From the IMG/VR virus record IMGVR_UViG_3300044591_002613: a stretch of 64,000 nucleotides of DNA. The stretch is one strand, 5' to 3'. Below the pieces are notes generated by a model that saw nothing but the letters and a program-made list of their open reading frames with translations, was not told where the DNA came from and searched no databases. Origin of the DNA: a virus. Both the position numbers and the translations under genes were made by a program. Shown here piece by piece: positions 37,421-46,915 of this stretch; the stretch's first letter is position 1, and every line of letters starts with the position of its first letter.

Positions 37421-37921
37421 ATGGCAAATGTACCTCTTTTAACACAAACCGGACAAATTTTGCAAACTGTGCAAAACAGCGTAAATATTTCAGATTCTAC
37501 AACGTCCGGAGCTACCTACGTAATATCTGGTTTAACTTGCCAGATTGCGCCAAAAATAATTAACTCTAAATTTCTTGTGAGCGGGACTGCATTGATAAAC
37601 TCGCGAGCCGCAGGTTTTGGTTTTACCGCTAAAGTAATGGTTAGAAATGTAACTACTGCGAGTGCTTGGAGCGATTTTGCTATGGGTCCATCTTGTGATT
37701 CGCATGGAATAGGTTCATACGCGGATATAGATACAGACCAATGGACTTCATCAGGGTTTACTTTGTTTGGTACATCATCTGTTTCTTATTCGGTCGGTCA
37801 AATTTTAGAATTTGCGGTTTGGATTAGATCGAGTGGAATTGGAAGTCCAGGCTCAACGACATGTCGTTTCGGACACCCAAATCGTACATGCAACATGGTT
37901 ATAACTGAAACTTTAGGATGA
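37421..37921 (+). CDS. Small virion beta-sandwich protein (GxILQ-type)
   Basis: GQILQTV...GLTCQIAPK..NSKFLV motif common in phage fibre-associated proteins; N-terminus MANVPL resembles 36952. Confidence 0.6.
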   Translation: MANVPLLTQTGQILQTVQNSVNISDSTTSGATYVISGLTCQIAPKIINSKFLVSGTALINSRAAGFGFTAKVMVRNVTTASAWSDFAMGPSCDSHGIGSYADIDTDQWTSSGFTLFGTSSVSYSVGQILEFAVWIRSSGIGSPGSTTCRFGHPNRTCNMVITETLG

Positions 37922-37925
37922 AAAG

Positions 37926-38621
37926 ATGTCATCATCAAGCATATCTCAACAAAAAATAAATATTGCATCCGATACTCAAGACGGACTGGTATCTACCACG
38001 CAGCAAACTTTTGCAGGAAATAAAACATTTAGTAACGGTTTGAAAACAAATGAAATACAAGCAAATACAGCGGCACCAATAGTTATTAAAAATTCATCCG
38101 GCACAACAACTGCAACAATATCAGAAACTGGAAATTTATCTGTTTTAAATAATATTCAACAAAACGGTTCTAACGTTATTTCCTGGGTAGAGGTAACGCC
38201 ATTTTTTATTGAATGGTCATTCAGTGGCGCAGTTACTTCGCAATCCGTAGATTTAACAGCCGTAATTCCAACAACAGCTAGGTATATTTTGGCAGATGTA
38301 TTTGCTACTGCAACTGTTGTTCCAGGCCAAACTTATGGTGATCACCAAAATTTTATTCTTGCCCGAAGTGCTCTAACAAATCAATATTCTTGGGTTGATT
38401 CTCGCGGACAGCGCCCATCAACAGTTTTTGGATCTGGTTTGCCCAGACACGCAGTTATTTTAAATTATCCCGGCGAAACAGATGGTTTCAGTCCATTTTA
38501 TGGAATTTGGTTCCCTTCTCAAAATATTCCAGTAACCGGAAGAACTGTTTATTTTAGTAATTATGGCAACAGCGGAAGCAGTGGTTGGATTTACATGATC
38601 ATTAAAGGCTACTCAATCTGA
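37926..38621 (+). CDS. Short fibre/adhesin, paralog 1
   Basis: GLVSTTQQTFAGNKTF neck motif; paralogous along its length to 38629. Confidence 0.7.
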   Translation: MSSSSISQQKINIASDTQDGLVSTTQQTFAGNKTFSNGLKTNEIQANTAAPIVIKNSSGTTTATISETGNLSVLNNIQQNGSNVISWVEVTPFFIEWSFSGAVTSQSVDLTAVIPTTARYILADVFATATVVPGQTYGDHQNFILARSALTNQYSWVDSRGQRPSTVFGSGLPRHAVILNYPGETDGFSPFYGIWFPSQNIPVTGRTVYFSNYGNSGSSGWIYMIIKGYSI

Positions 38622-38628
38622 GGATATT

Positions 38629-39315
38629 ATGGCTAGTAGTATTATTGATAATGAATCAAAAGGTCCAGCTAATGCTAATCAGCCGGGTCAAGTTACTACA
38701 AGCCAACAAACATTTGCAGGTAATAAAACACTTGCAAATGGATTAAAAACTATCGAAATTCAGGCGGCTACTGCAAATCCAGTCGCCTTTAAAAATTCTT
38801 CTGGTGCTACAACTATAGTTGCAAATGAGACAAATAGTTTATCTATATTGAATAATATTCAACAAAACGGTTCTAATATTATTTCTTGGGTAGAAGTAAC
38901 ACCTGCATACACAGAATGGTCATTTGCAGGTGTTGCAAGTTCATCCGTTACGTTAAACCCAAGTTCTATTCCAGCTAACGCAAGATATGTTTTATTAGAT
39001 GTTTTTATAACCGCTAGTGCATCTGATCATTTCAATTTATCTTTAGGCAGAACCGCTCTTAGTGATCTGCGTAACTGGACTAACCCTCAGGGCTCTCAAC
39101 CTAGTGCTTATTTTGTTGCGGGGGTTGGTTCTAGAAATGTTGTTTGCATGACTCATCATGGTAATGCTGACGGATATTCAACTATGATGGGAAAATGGTG
39201 GTCTAGTGTAATAACACCATGTGATGGCAGAACCTTATATTACAATTTATCTGGCGTCGATAGCGTTTCAACTACAGGCTGGATATATGTAATAGCCAGA
39301 GCTTATTCTTTATAA
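38629..39315 (+). CDS. Short fibre/adhesin, paralog 2
   Basis: GQVTTSQQTFAGNKT and LNNIQQNGSN.ISWVEVTP shared with 37926. Confidence 0.7.
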   Translation: MASSIIDNESKGPANANQPGQVTTSQQTFAGNKTLANGLKTIEIQAATANPVAFKNSSGATTIVANETNSLSILNNIQQNGSNIISWVEVTPAYTEWSFAGVASSSVTLNPSSIPANARYVLLDVFITASASDHFNLSLGRTALSDLRNWTNPQGSQPSAYFVAGVGSRNVVCMTHHGNADGYSTMMGKWWSSVITPCDGRTLYYNLSGVDSVSTTGWIYVIARAYSL

Positions 39316-39324
39316 ACCCATCTT

Positions 39325-39361
39325 GTGTTACAATTTAATAGCAATTACTGGCGAAAGCCAC
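39325..39361 (+). promoter_or_regulatory. Conserved 37-bp leader, copy 2
   Basis: GTGTTACAATTTAATAGCAATTACTGGCGAAAGCCAC; 32/37 identical to 30901..30937. Confidence 0.65.
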
Positions 39362-39387
39362 TTTAAAAATAACTAAGGGCAACTACT

Positions 39388-42039
39388 ATGAGCGGCGCTG
39401 TTATATTTAATGGCGATTATGTCAAGGCGTTAAAATCTAAGCTAAAACTTGGCGAAGCCGCTTATATTGAAACTGGATCTGCAGATCCTACTACTCTGTC
39501 CCTTAGCTCTCCACTTGGCTCATTATACTTAAGATCAAACGGTATAGTTTACATTAAATACGCAGCCGGTGTTTCAGCATGGGCCCCTGCATTAACTACT
39601 GGCACCGGCGGTACATTAACATCTACAGCTCTGCAAGACAGCACTGTTTATTTTGCGGATGAAACGGATCCCACCAAAAAACTGTTTTTCCAACTATCTG
39701 GAATTGATAATAACACATCAAGAACTTTAACAGTTCCAAATACTAGCGGCACAATTACTCTTGGCACAGCATCTACCAATCAGGTTGCTTATTGGAACAG
39801 CACTAATACGTTAGCTGGAGAAGCTCAATTATCACCAACAAGAGGTGGTACCGGAACTAGTAACACTGGTTTATTTAGTTATGGCTCTAATAACATTACG
39901 TTAACGACAACCGCTTCAACAAGTCTAACTCTGCCCACCTCTGGCACATTAGCTACTCTAGCCGGTGCAGAAGCTTTAACTAATAAAACTATCAACTCAT
40001 CTTCGATTGGTGCAACCACTGCAAGTTCCGGTGCATTCACCTTTCTTACATTAAAAGGCACAGGCGTTGCGGGCACCGCATATTTCGATTTCTTGAATGA
40101 ATCAGTAACACCCTCGTCCCCGCTTTCCGGCTATACACGAATTTATTTTAAATCGGACGGTTCTCTTTATTACTTGAGTTCTGCAGCAGTTGAAAAGAAA
40201 ATTGGTGATATTGCACACCCAACTACCGGATCAACATTTGAGACTGGTGCGTTTAATGCATTAATGACTGGTACAAATAATACAGCGTTTGGTGTTGCAT
40301 CTTTAGACTCAGTAACTTCCGGCGTGCAAAATACTGCCTTCGGCACAAATGCACTGGCTGCCTTGACAATTGGAACAAATAACACTTCTGTTGGTTATAA
40401 TGCGTTAACAACTTTAACAGATGGTTCTGATAATACAGCAATTGGCTGGCGCTCGATGCGGCTTGTTACTAGTGGTTATAGCAACACAGCAGTTGGTAAC
40501 CAGTCCTCCGAATTAATGACAACCGGATCAGATAACACTGCGGTTGGTTATTTTGCTTTAAGAAATGTTACAGATGGATTTGGCAATGTTGCAATCGGTT
40601 CTGGCGCTGGTCTTTTATTAGGCGGCTACAGTAATAACAACGTATGCATCAATACAGGCGGGGCATTAACTCCCGGTTCTGTTTTAAGCGGCACAGTTAC
40701 CATCGGAAAAACAGCAGCAGGTGGTGGTTCTTACGCCACGGCTGATAACCAATTTGTATTAGGCGATTCTGGCCATCTTTATAGATTCCCTGGTATTGCG
40801 GAAACTTCTTTAATTCTTGGCCCTACCGGAACATTGGCAGGAAATGGTGGCGAGCTTAGATTTAGAGAGCTAGCAGCAAATGGCACAAACTCAGTTGCGT
40901 TTAAAGCTGCAGATTCTATCATCGCAAATGTTACATGGACACTGCCAGCCGCTGACGGCACAAACGGCCAAGCATTAATTACAAATGGTTCAGGCACACT
41001 GCGATGGGCAGAGGCCACTAACACAATTGTAGAAGTTACTCAAAATTCGCATGGATTCACAACTGCCGATATTGGCAGACCGTTATACTTAAACGGATCT
41101 ACGTATACCTACGCAATTGCTAATGCGACAAACACAGCCGAAGTAGCTGGATTAATATACAAAATCGTAGATACAAATACATTCTTAGTTTGTTTAAGTG
41201 GTGAAGTTGCTTCAGTTGGGGCAAACTTAATTGAAGGCGGTGGATCGCTAGTAGCCGGCGAAACATATTTTCTTTCACCGACAACTGCCGGAAAAATTAC
41301 TACATCAGATCCTACAGTAGTTGGGCAAGTATCTAAGCCTATTGGCGTTGCTCGCTCTACAACTGCGTTTGAATTTTTCAACATGCGCGGTTCAGTTGTT
41401 GGTGGTGCTAATGCCAGAACGCAGCTTTCGTTATCTAATAATGCAATAACAACAATTCAAGTAGCCTCTGCTTACGATGCCGGCGAATTAACTGGCTGGG
41501 TAACTATTGACGCAACTACTGATTATCGTTTTTATGTTCAAGCCCAGTTCGCCAAAAATGGCGCTGGGACTGACTATAACATTTCATATCAAACCATGGG
41601 CGATGTTCCGCCACTTGGATTTAGCGTTACTATCACTGCCGCTGGTTTAATACAAATCACTCTGCCAAATATTGCGGGGTTTGTTAATGCGGGCGTTAAC
41701 TTTGCATTAAATGCTCCAGCTGTTGGCGCAACTTTTCCGTTAACAATTGGCGGAAATAATATAGTAGCAAATTATAGAGCAGTTACAGGAACGTATACAA
41801 TCACACCATCTGATTACTATGTATCTGCTTCTGGTGCTGCTGGATACACAATCAGTTTGCCCGCAACATCCTCCGTATCCGGTAAAATATTTATTGTAAA
41901 AAGCAGACTAAATGCTGGCCAAGTTTTGACAATTGATGCCAATGGTTCGGAAACTATTGATGGTTCTTTAACGGTTGGTCTATTCCAAAACGAGTCTTGC
42001 TATTTAGTCAGCAATGGCACATCTTGGGAGATGTTCTAA
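39388..42039 (+). CDS. Mosaic fibre protein C (A-type N-terminus, B-type middle, gp10-like C-terminus)
   Basis: MSGAVIFNGDY N-terminus as in 31009; HPTTGSTFE, NTAxG repeats, ELRFRELAANG and AEVAGL blocks as in 34241; C-terminal TISLP...TIDG...WEMF. Confidence 0.82.
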   Translation: MSGAVIFNGDYVKALKSKLKLGEAAYIETGSADPTTLSLSSPLGSLYLRSNGIVYIKYAAGVSAWAPALTTGTGGTLTSTALQDSTVYFADETDPTKKLFFQLSGIDNNTSRTLTVPNTSGTITLGTASTNQVAYWNSTNTLAGEAQLSPTRGGTGTSNTGLFSYGSNNITLTTTASTSLTLPTSGTLATLAGAEALTNKTINSSSIGATTASSGAFTFLTLKGTGVAGTAYFDFLNESVTPSSPLSGYTRIYFKSDGSLYYLSSAAVEKKIGDIAHPTTGSTFETGAFNALMTGTNNTAFGVASLDSVTSGVQNTAFGTNALAALTIGTNNTSVGYNALTTLTDGSDNTAIGWRSMRLVTSGYSNTAVGNQSSELMTTGSDNTAVGYFALRNVTDGFGNVAIGSGAGLLLGGYSNNNVCINTGGALTPGSVLSGTVTIGKTAAGGGSYATADNQFVLGDSGHLYRFPGIAETSLILGPTGTLAGNGGELRFRELAANGTNSVAFKAADSIIANVTWTLPAADGTNGQALITNGSGTLRWAEATNTIVEVTQNSHGFTTADIGRPLYLNGSTYTYAIANATNTAEVAGLIYKIVDTNTFLVCLSGEVASVGANLIEGGGSLVAGETYFLSPTTAGKITTSDPTVVGQVSKPIGVARSTTAFEFFNMRGSVVGGANARTQLSLSNNAITTIQVASAYDAGELTGWVTIDATTDYRFYVQAQFAKNGAGTDYNISYQTMGDVPPLGFSVTITAAGLIQITLPNIAGFVNAGVNFALNAPAVGATFPLTIGGNNIVANYRAVTGTYTITPSDYYVSASGAAGYTISLPATSSVSGKIFIVKSRLNAGQVLTIDANGSETIDGSLTVGLFQNESCYLVSNGTSWEMF

Positions 42040-42755
42040 TGGCATTTTTAGGTATTGCACCAACCGGAACAGTATTACCGTTTGCCGGTTCAGTAGCACC
42101 AGAAGGCTGGGCATTGTGCGATGGTTCGGCTATCAGTCGCACAATATATACAAAACTATTTGTCGTTATTTCAACTACATATGGAGTTGGCGATAACTCA
42201 TCAACATTTAATGTTCCTGATATGCGCGGTGTTTATCCGCGTGGCGCTGGCACAAACGGCACAGCGAATTATGGTGGAGTAACTGGACATACTCCAGCGG
42301 GTGGAGCATTGGCTGCAAAAGGTGGACAAAAGACCGCTAAGAATGGATTAACAAATGCATCTGCTACAACAACTTCTTCTGGTAACAGGAATCAATTTGA
42401 TAGAACTAGCGGAACGGTGAGTTCTGATCATGTTCATGGAACTGGAAATGCCGGAGGCCATTCACACTTTGTAGCTTATGGTAATTTTGGTGGCGATGAT
42501 TTTAACTTGATTGACGGCACTTACGCAGAACGTTTACAAATGGCAGATGCACCAGATAATGATATTGGAGTGTATGCAGATGGTGTTGGTGATCATAATC
42601 ACGGCAATACAGGGGGTATATCTGCTAACCACACCCATACGGTTACATATGACAGTACGTTTTCTGTTTCTGGAACTACGCCAGCACAAACAATTACTGG
42701 AGATGCCGAAACCACACCCGCGTTTTTAGCCCTTAATTATATTATTAAGTTATAA
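42039..42755 (+). CDS. Tail-collar short fibre (triplet 1, member 1)
   Basis: TAATG coupling to the upstream gene; collar motif; four HxH; closest to 32855. Confidence 0.9.
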   Translation: MAFLGIAPTGTVLPFAGSVAPEGWALCDGSAISRTIYTKLFVVISTTYGVGDNSSTFNVPDMRGVYPRGAGTNGTANYGGVTGHTPAGGALAAKGGQKTAKNGLTNASATTTSSGNRNQFDRTSGTVSSDHVHGTGNAGGHSHFVAYGNFGGDDFNLIDGTYAERLQMADAPDNDIGVYADGVGDHNHGNTGGISANHTHTVTYDSTFSVSGTTPAQTITGDAETTPAFLALNYIIKL

Positions 42756-42764
42756 GAGGATCAA

Positions 42765-43565
42765 ATGGCAAACGCAGCATTACTGGCAACATTAGGAGAC
42801 CAAACTTCGTCGCAAGCTGCGGGCGCAATTTCTGTATTAATGCCAGCAGGTGTTATATTGCCATATGGCGGTGGCACTGCGCCAACAGGCTGGTTACTGT
42901 GTGATGGCTCAGCAATCAGCCGAACTACTTATGCAAGTTTATTTGCTGCAATTGGAACATCGCACGGCTATGGTGATAATTCTACCACTTTCAATTTGCC
43001 CGATTTTCGCGGTAGATTTATGCGTGGTGTAGACGGAACAGCTAATAGAGATCCCGATAAAGGGACTAGAACATCAGCCGCAACCGGTGGTAACACTGGC
43101 AATAACGTCGGTAGTGCGCAAACAAACGCTACTGCTAAGAACGGATTAACAGCAAGTGCAGCTTCGGTGTCAACTTCTGTCAGTGGCGCAAAAAACCAAA
43201 TGAATGGAACTTCTGGAGGTCAAAGTGCTAGCCATTCACATGGAATTGGTACTGATGGATGGCATGATCACATGCAATATGTCACCGCAAATCCAGGCTT
43301 AGGACCATATAACACCAGGCATGACTATAATTATGATGCAAATAATCTTCAAATATACGATCATGTTCGCACAGGTGGTGGAGGCAGCCATTCCCACGGT
43401 GGTGGAACAGGCGGTCAAAGCGTAGACCACTCCCACTCTTGGGATTTTGGTGCGACAACTTTTTCTGCATCAGGGACAACTCCAGCACAAACTGTTACAG
43501 TAGGTAACGGAGATAATGAAACAAGGCCATTAAATATAAACGTTAACTATATTATCAAGGTATAG
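42765..43565 (+). CDS. Tail-collar short fibre (triplet 1, member 2)
   Basis: Collar motif, four HxH, ends NETRPLNINVNYIIKV. Confidence 0.9.
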   Translation: MANAALLATLGDQTSSQAAGAISVLMPAGVILPYGGGTAPTGWLLCDGSAISRTTYASLFAAIGTSHGYGDNSTTFNLPDFRGRFMRGVDGTANRDPDKGTRTSAATGGNTGNNVGSAQTNATAKNGLTASAASVSTSVSGAKNQMNGTSGGQSASHSHGIGTDGWHDHMQYVTANPGLGPYNTRHDYNYDANNLQIYDHVRTGGGGSHSHGGGTGGQSVDHSHSWDFGATTFSASGTTPAQTVTVGNGDNETRPLNINVNYIIKV

Positions 43566-43568
43566 AAA

Positions 43569-44357
43569 ATGTCTAACAGTGCAATTTCTGGACTTACAAT
43601 TATCGATTTTCCAGCAGGAATGATTATGCCATATGCCGGCACATCAACGCCGGCAGGTTGGTTGGAGTGTAATGGTGCAGAAGTTGATGTTTCTGCATAT
43701 CCAACTCTCGCCGCTGCTCTTGGAACTACTTGGAATAATGCTAAAAACCCTTTAACTGGCGCAACATATGCAAACCCGGCAGCTGGTAGGTTTCGTTTAC
43801 CAGACTTACGAGGTTCGTTTTTACGAGGATCTTCTGGCGGAGCTAATAACGCGCAAGGCGTTGCAACAGGATTAGCAGAGTTCCAAGGAAATAAAACAGC
43901 TAAAAATGGATTAACAGCAACAGCCGCATCAGTAACAACTTCTGTGAGTGGTTTAAAAAATCAATTAAATGGAAGTTCTGGCGGTATGTCTGCTAATACA
44001 ACACACGGACATGGAATTTCAGATCCCGGCCATGGCCATGCGCACGGTATCGATACAACCCAAGGATATGCAGTTGGTACGCCTATTTCTGCAACAAGCG
44101 GAGCTACTGGTTTTCAAGGAGGTACGTTTTCTGATCGAGGTGCTACAACAACTGGATCAGGATTTGTGAGAAACGGCGGCACAGGAATTTCAGTTAATGG
44201 ATCTGCCGATTTAAACCACTCCCACTCGTGGGATTTTGGCGGTTCTGCAACTTTTTCTGCATCAGGGACAACTCCAGCACAAACTGTTTCTGTGGGAAAT
44301 GGTGATGCCGAAACAAGACCTGATGCAGTTGGTGTTAGATATTTGATTAAAATTTAA
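43569..44357 (+). CDS. Tail-collar short fibre (triplet 1, member 3)
   Basis: PAGMIMPYAG..TPAGWLECNG...FRLPDLRG; HxH motifs; ETRP...YLIKI. Confidence 0.9.
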   Translation: MSNSAISGLTIIDFPAGMIMPYAGTSTPAGWLECNGAEVDVSAYPTLAAALGTTWNNAKNPLTGATYANPAAGRFRLPDLRGSFLRGSSGGANNAQGVATGLAEFQGNKTAKNGLTATAASVTTSVSGLKNQLNGSSGGMSANTTHGHGISDPGHGHAHGIDTTQGYAVGTPISATSGATGFQGGTFSDRGATTTGSGFVRNGGTGISVNGSADLNHSHSWDFGGSATFSASGTTPAQTVSVGNGDAETRPDAVGVRYLIKI

Positions 44358-44366
44358 GGATTTACC

Positions 44367-44702
44367 ATGGCATTTTATACATCTAAATTTAAACCAACGC
44401 CAGTATTCATGAAGGATTTTTACCTTCAATATTACACAGTTGTTATTACATCTAGTGTAGCTCTAACAGATTTGCCAGTAAATTATCTTTATATTTGCAA
44501 CTCGGCATCAGCAATCACAATCACTCTGCCTTCGGCAGTTAATAAAGATGGTTGCGTTTTATTTTTTAAAAATGTAAATACTGGTAATGTAACTGTTGAT
44601 GGCAATGGGTCGCAAACAATTGATGGACAGTTAACACAAATTTTGCCACAATATTCTTCATTCGAGCTTGTGGCATTTAATGGGAACTGGTTTATTAAAT
44701 GA
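44367..44702 (+). CDS. Stand-alone gp9/gp10-like adaptor domain
   Basis: ITITLPSAV..DG..L.FKN...GNVTVDGNGSQTIDG...F.LV..NGNWFI, the same module that ends 27336, 31009 and 39388. Confidence 0.7.
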   Translation: MAFYTSKFKPTPVFMKDFYLQYYTVVITSSVALTDLPVNYLYICNSASAITITLPSAVNKDGCVLFFKNVNTGNVTVDGNGSQTIDGQLTQILPQYSSFELVAFNGNWFIK

Positions 44703-45433
44703 CGTTAATGAACTTTGTACCAACCGGAACAATCCTTCCAACTGGAGAATCAACAATTCCAGCTGGTTGGCTATTGTGTGATGGATCTGCAGTTAGTAGA
44801 ACTATATATGCAGATTTATTTGGCATGATTGGTACAAACTGGGGAAACGGTGACGGCACCACTACTTTCCATCTACCCGATTTGCGGGGTCGATTTTTAA
44901 GAGGCCGCGACGGTGGAATAGGTCGAGATCCAGACAGATCAACAAGAGTAGCTGCTAATCCCGGTGGCAACGCTGGTGATAATGTTGGCAGCATAGAAGA
45001 CCACGCTTATAAAACTCACAACCATGGCGTTAGTGTTGCCGGCGGTACTACCGGCGGCGAAAGTAATGGCCATATCCATGGTAGTGGTTGGGTATCGCAC
45101 GATCATGGCCATTATATGCCGGCGCAAGGAAATCATTCGCACTGGCATAATGATGCATATTTTGCCGAAGCTGGAGCTGGAAACCAAGGTATTCGCGGCG
45201 AAGGTTATGGCTCTGACTGGGACAACCGTCCACATTATCGATGGATTACATGGAATTGGGCCGGCTGGCATGGACACAGTATGGATGGTAGAAATACAGA
45301 CCACAGGCATTGGGTTGGCGGTCGCGATGCAGGTCATACACACGGAGTGACTTCTTCTGTTTCGGTAACAAATAGTGGCGGTAATGAAACGCGACCCAAA
45401 AATATAATTTTACATTACATGATAAAAGTATGA
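44699..45433 (+). CDS. Tail-collar short fibre (triplet 2, member 1), about seven HxH
   Basis: Collar motif; tip DWDNRPHY and NETRPKNI resemble T4 gp12 DWDNRSY / NETRPWNI. Confidence 0.9.
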   Translation: MTLMNFVPTGTILPTGESTIPAGWLLCDGSAVSRTIYADLFGMIGTNWGNGDGTTTFHLPDLRGRFLRGRDGGIGRDPDRSTRVAANPGGNAGDNVGSIEDHAYKTHNHGVSVAGGTTGGESNGHIHGSGWVSHDHGHYMPAQGNHSHWHNDAYFAEAGAGNQGIRGEGYGSDWDNRPHYRWITWNWAGWHGHSMDGRNTDHRHWVGGRDAGHTHGVTSSVSVTNSGGNETRPKNIILHYMIKV

Positions 45434-46170
45434 CGTTTTTTAAAACAGTTCCACCAGGTACAATTCTTCCTTTTGCTGGCACCGCTGCTCCAGCTGGTTG
45501 GCTATTGTGTGATGGATCTGCAGTTAGTAGAACTATATATGCAGTATTATTTTCAAAAATTTCTACAAATTTTGGTAATGGAGATGGTTCTACAACATTT
45601 CATTTGCCAGATATGCGTGGAAGGTTTGAACGATCACGAGATCATGGTACAAATAGAGACCCCGATAAAATAACACGCACGGCTGCAAATCCTGGCGGTA
45701 ACACTGGTGATAATGTTGGTAGTGCCCAAGACCATAACTACGCATCTCATGGCCATACTAATACTAATAGTATTTCGACTGGTGGAGAAAGTGTAGACCA
45801 TAACCATGGCGATTCGGCTTGGGAATCTGCATATGGTAACCATGCACATGGTGTAAATGGAAATGGAGATCATCAACACGGTTCCGATGACGCATACTAT
45901 TCAGAAAATTATAATGGCGGTGGTGGCTACTATGGTTCAAACCACGGCGGTGATTTTGATAATAGTGCAGACTCTACATCTCAGACTGCCAATAATGCGG
46001 GTTGGCACAACCATGGTACTGATGGTGTTTGGCAGGACCATTACCACGCAACCGGTACTGTTTCTGCATGGCATACTCATTCAGTTCCATTTTCATTAAC
46101 GATTAATACAGATGGTGGAAATGAAACAAGGCCAATAAACGCTAATATTAATTATGTGATAAAAATATGA
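45430..46170 (+). CDS. Tail-collar short fibre (triplet 2, member 2), seven HxH
   Basis: ATGA coupling; collar; DAYYSE...DFDN tip. Confidence 0.9.
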   Translation: MTFFKTVPPGTILPFAGTAAPAGWLLCDGSAVSRTIYAVLFSKISTNFGNGDGSTTFHLPDMRGRFERSRDHGTNRDPDKITRTAANPGGNTGDNVGSAQDHNYASHGHTNTNSISTGGESVDHNHGDSAWESAYGNHAHGVNGNGDHQHGSDDAYYSENYNGGGGYYGSNHGGDFDNSADSTSQTANNAGWHNHGTDGVWQDHYHATGTVSAWHTHSVPFSLTINTDGGNETRPINANINYVIKI

Positions 46171-46895
46171 CCGTATTTAATACATTACCCCCAGGAATAG
46201 TTGTTCCGTTTGGTGGCTCGTCTGCACCACCAGGCTGGCTGCTGTGCGACGGTTCTCCGGTAAGCAGGACTGTATACCAAAATCTTTTTTTATCAATCGG
46301 AACAGTTTGGGGAAATGGAGACGGCTCTACAACATTTCATCTACCCGATTTACGCGGTCGGTTTTTACGCGGAAAAGATGGCGGCATAGGAAGAGATCCA
46401 GACCGAACTACAAGAACTGCCGCAAATCCTGGCGGTAACACTGGTGATAATGTTGGTAGTGTTCAAGATAATGCGCATGGACACGATCATGCAAATACCA
46501 GATCAGCCACCTCGGCTACTCCAAGTGTAAACCATACACATGGAAATACTGGGTGGATTAGTAATAATCATGGCCATTACATTTACGGAAATAATGACCA
46601 TACGCATTGGCGTTCAGATGCTCATTTTAGCTCTCCGCCGAGCGCAAGTTTATTTGGCACAAATCAAAGATACGACTCTGATAATGGACGATATACTCAT
46701 GGAATTAACTCAAATACAACCGGAAACCATGAGCACTGGACAGCTGGAATTGACACAAATCACCAACATAATAGCGGTGGCAGATCTGCAGATCATACTC
46801 ACGTGGCTACAGCCGGTGTTACGATCAATAGTAATGGCACAACAACCGAAACTAGACCTTTAAATGCAAACGTAAATTATATTATAAAAATATAA
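46167..46895 (+). CDS. Tail-collar short fibre (triplet 2, member 3), about seven HxH
   Basis: ATGA coupling; collar; DAHFS...DSDN tip. Confidence 0.9.
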   Translation: MTVFNTLPPGIVVPFGGSSAPPGWLLCDGSPVSRTVYQNLFLSIGTVWGNGDGSTTFHLPDLRGRFLRGKDGGIGRDPDRTTRTAANPGGNTGDNVGSVQDNAHGHDHANTRSATSATPSVNHTHGNTGWISNNHGHYIYGNNDHTHWRSDAHFSSPPSASLFGTNQRYDSDNGRYTHGINSNTTGNHEHWTAGIDTNHQHNSGGRSADHTHVATAGVTINSNGTTTETRPLNANVNYIIKI

Positions 46896-46915
46896 TAAAT
46901 GGTTAGGAGCGTAAT

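Noticed and set aside
42039-46895. Diversity-generating retroelement or invertase shufflon acting on the fibre tips
   Set aside because: No reverse transcriptase or recombinase in the window. All copies are intact, co-oriented ORFs that differ by indels and at all four bases, not adenine-specifically.
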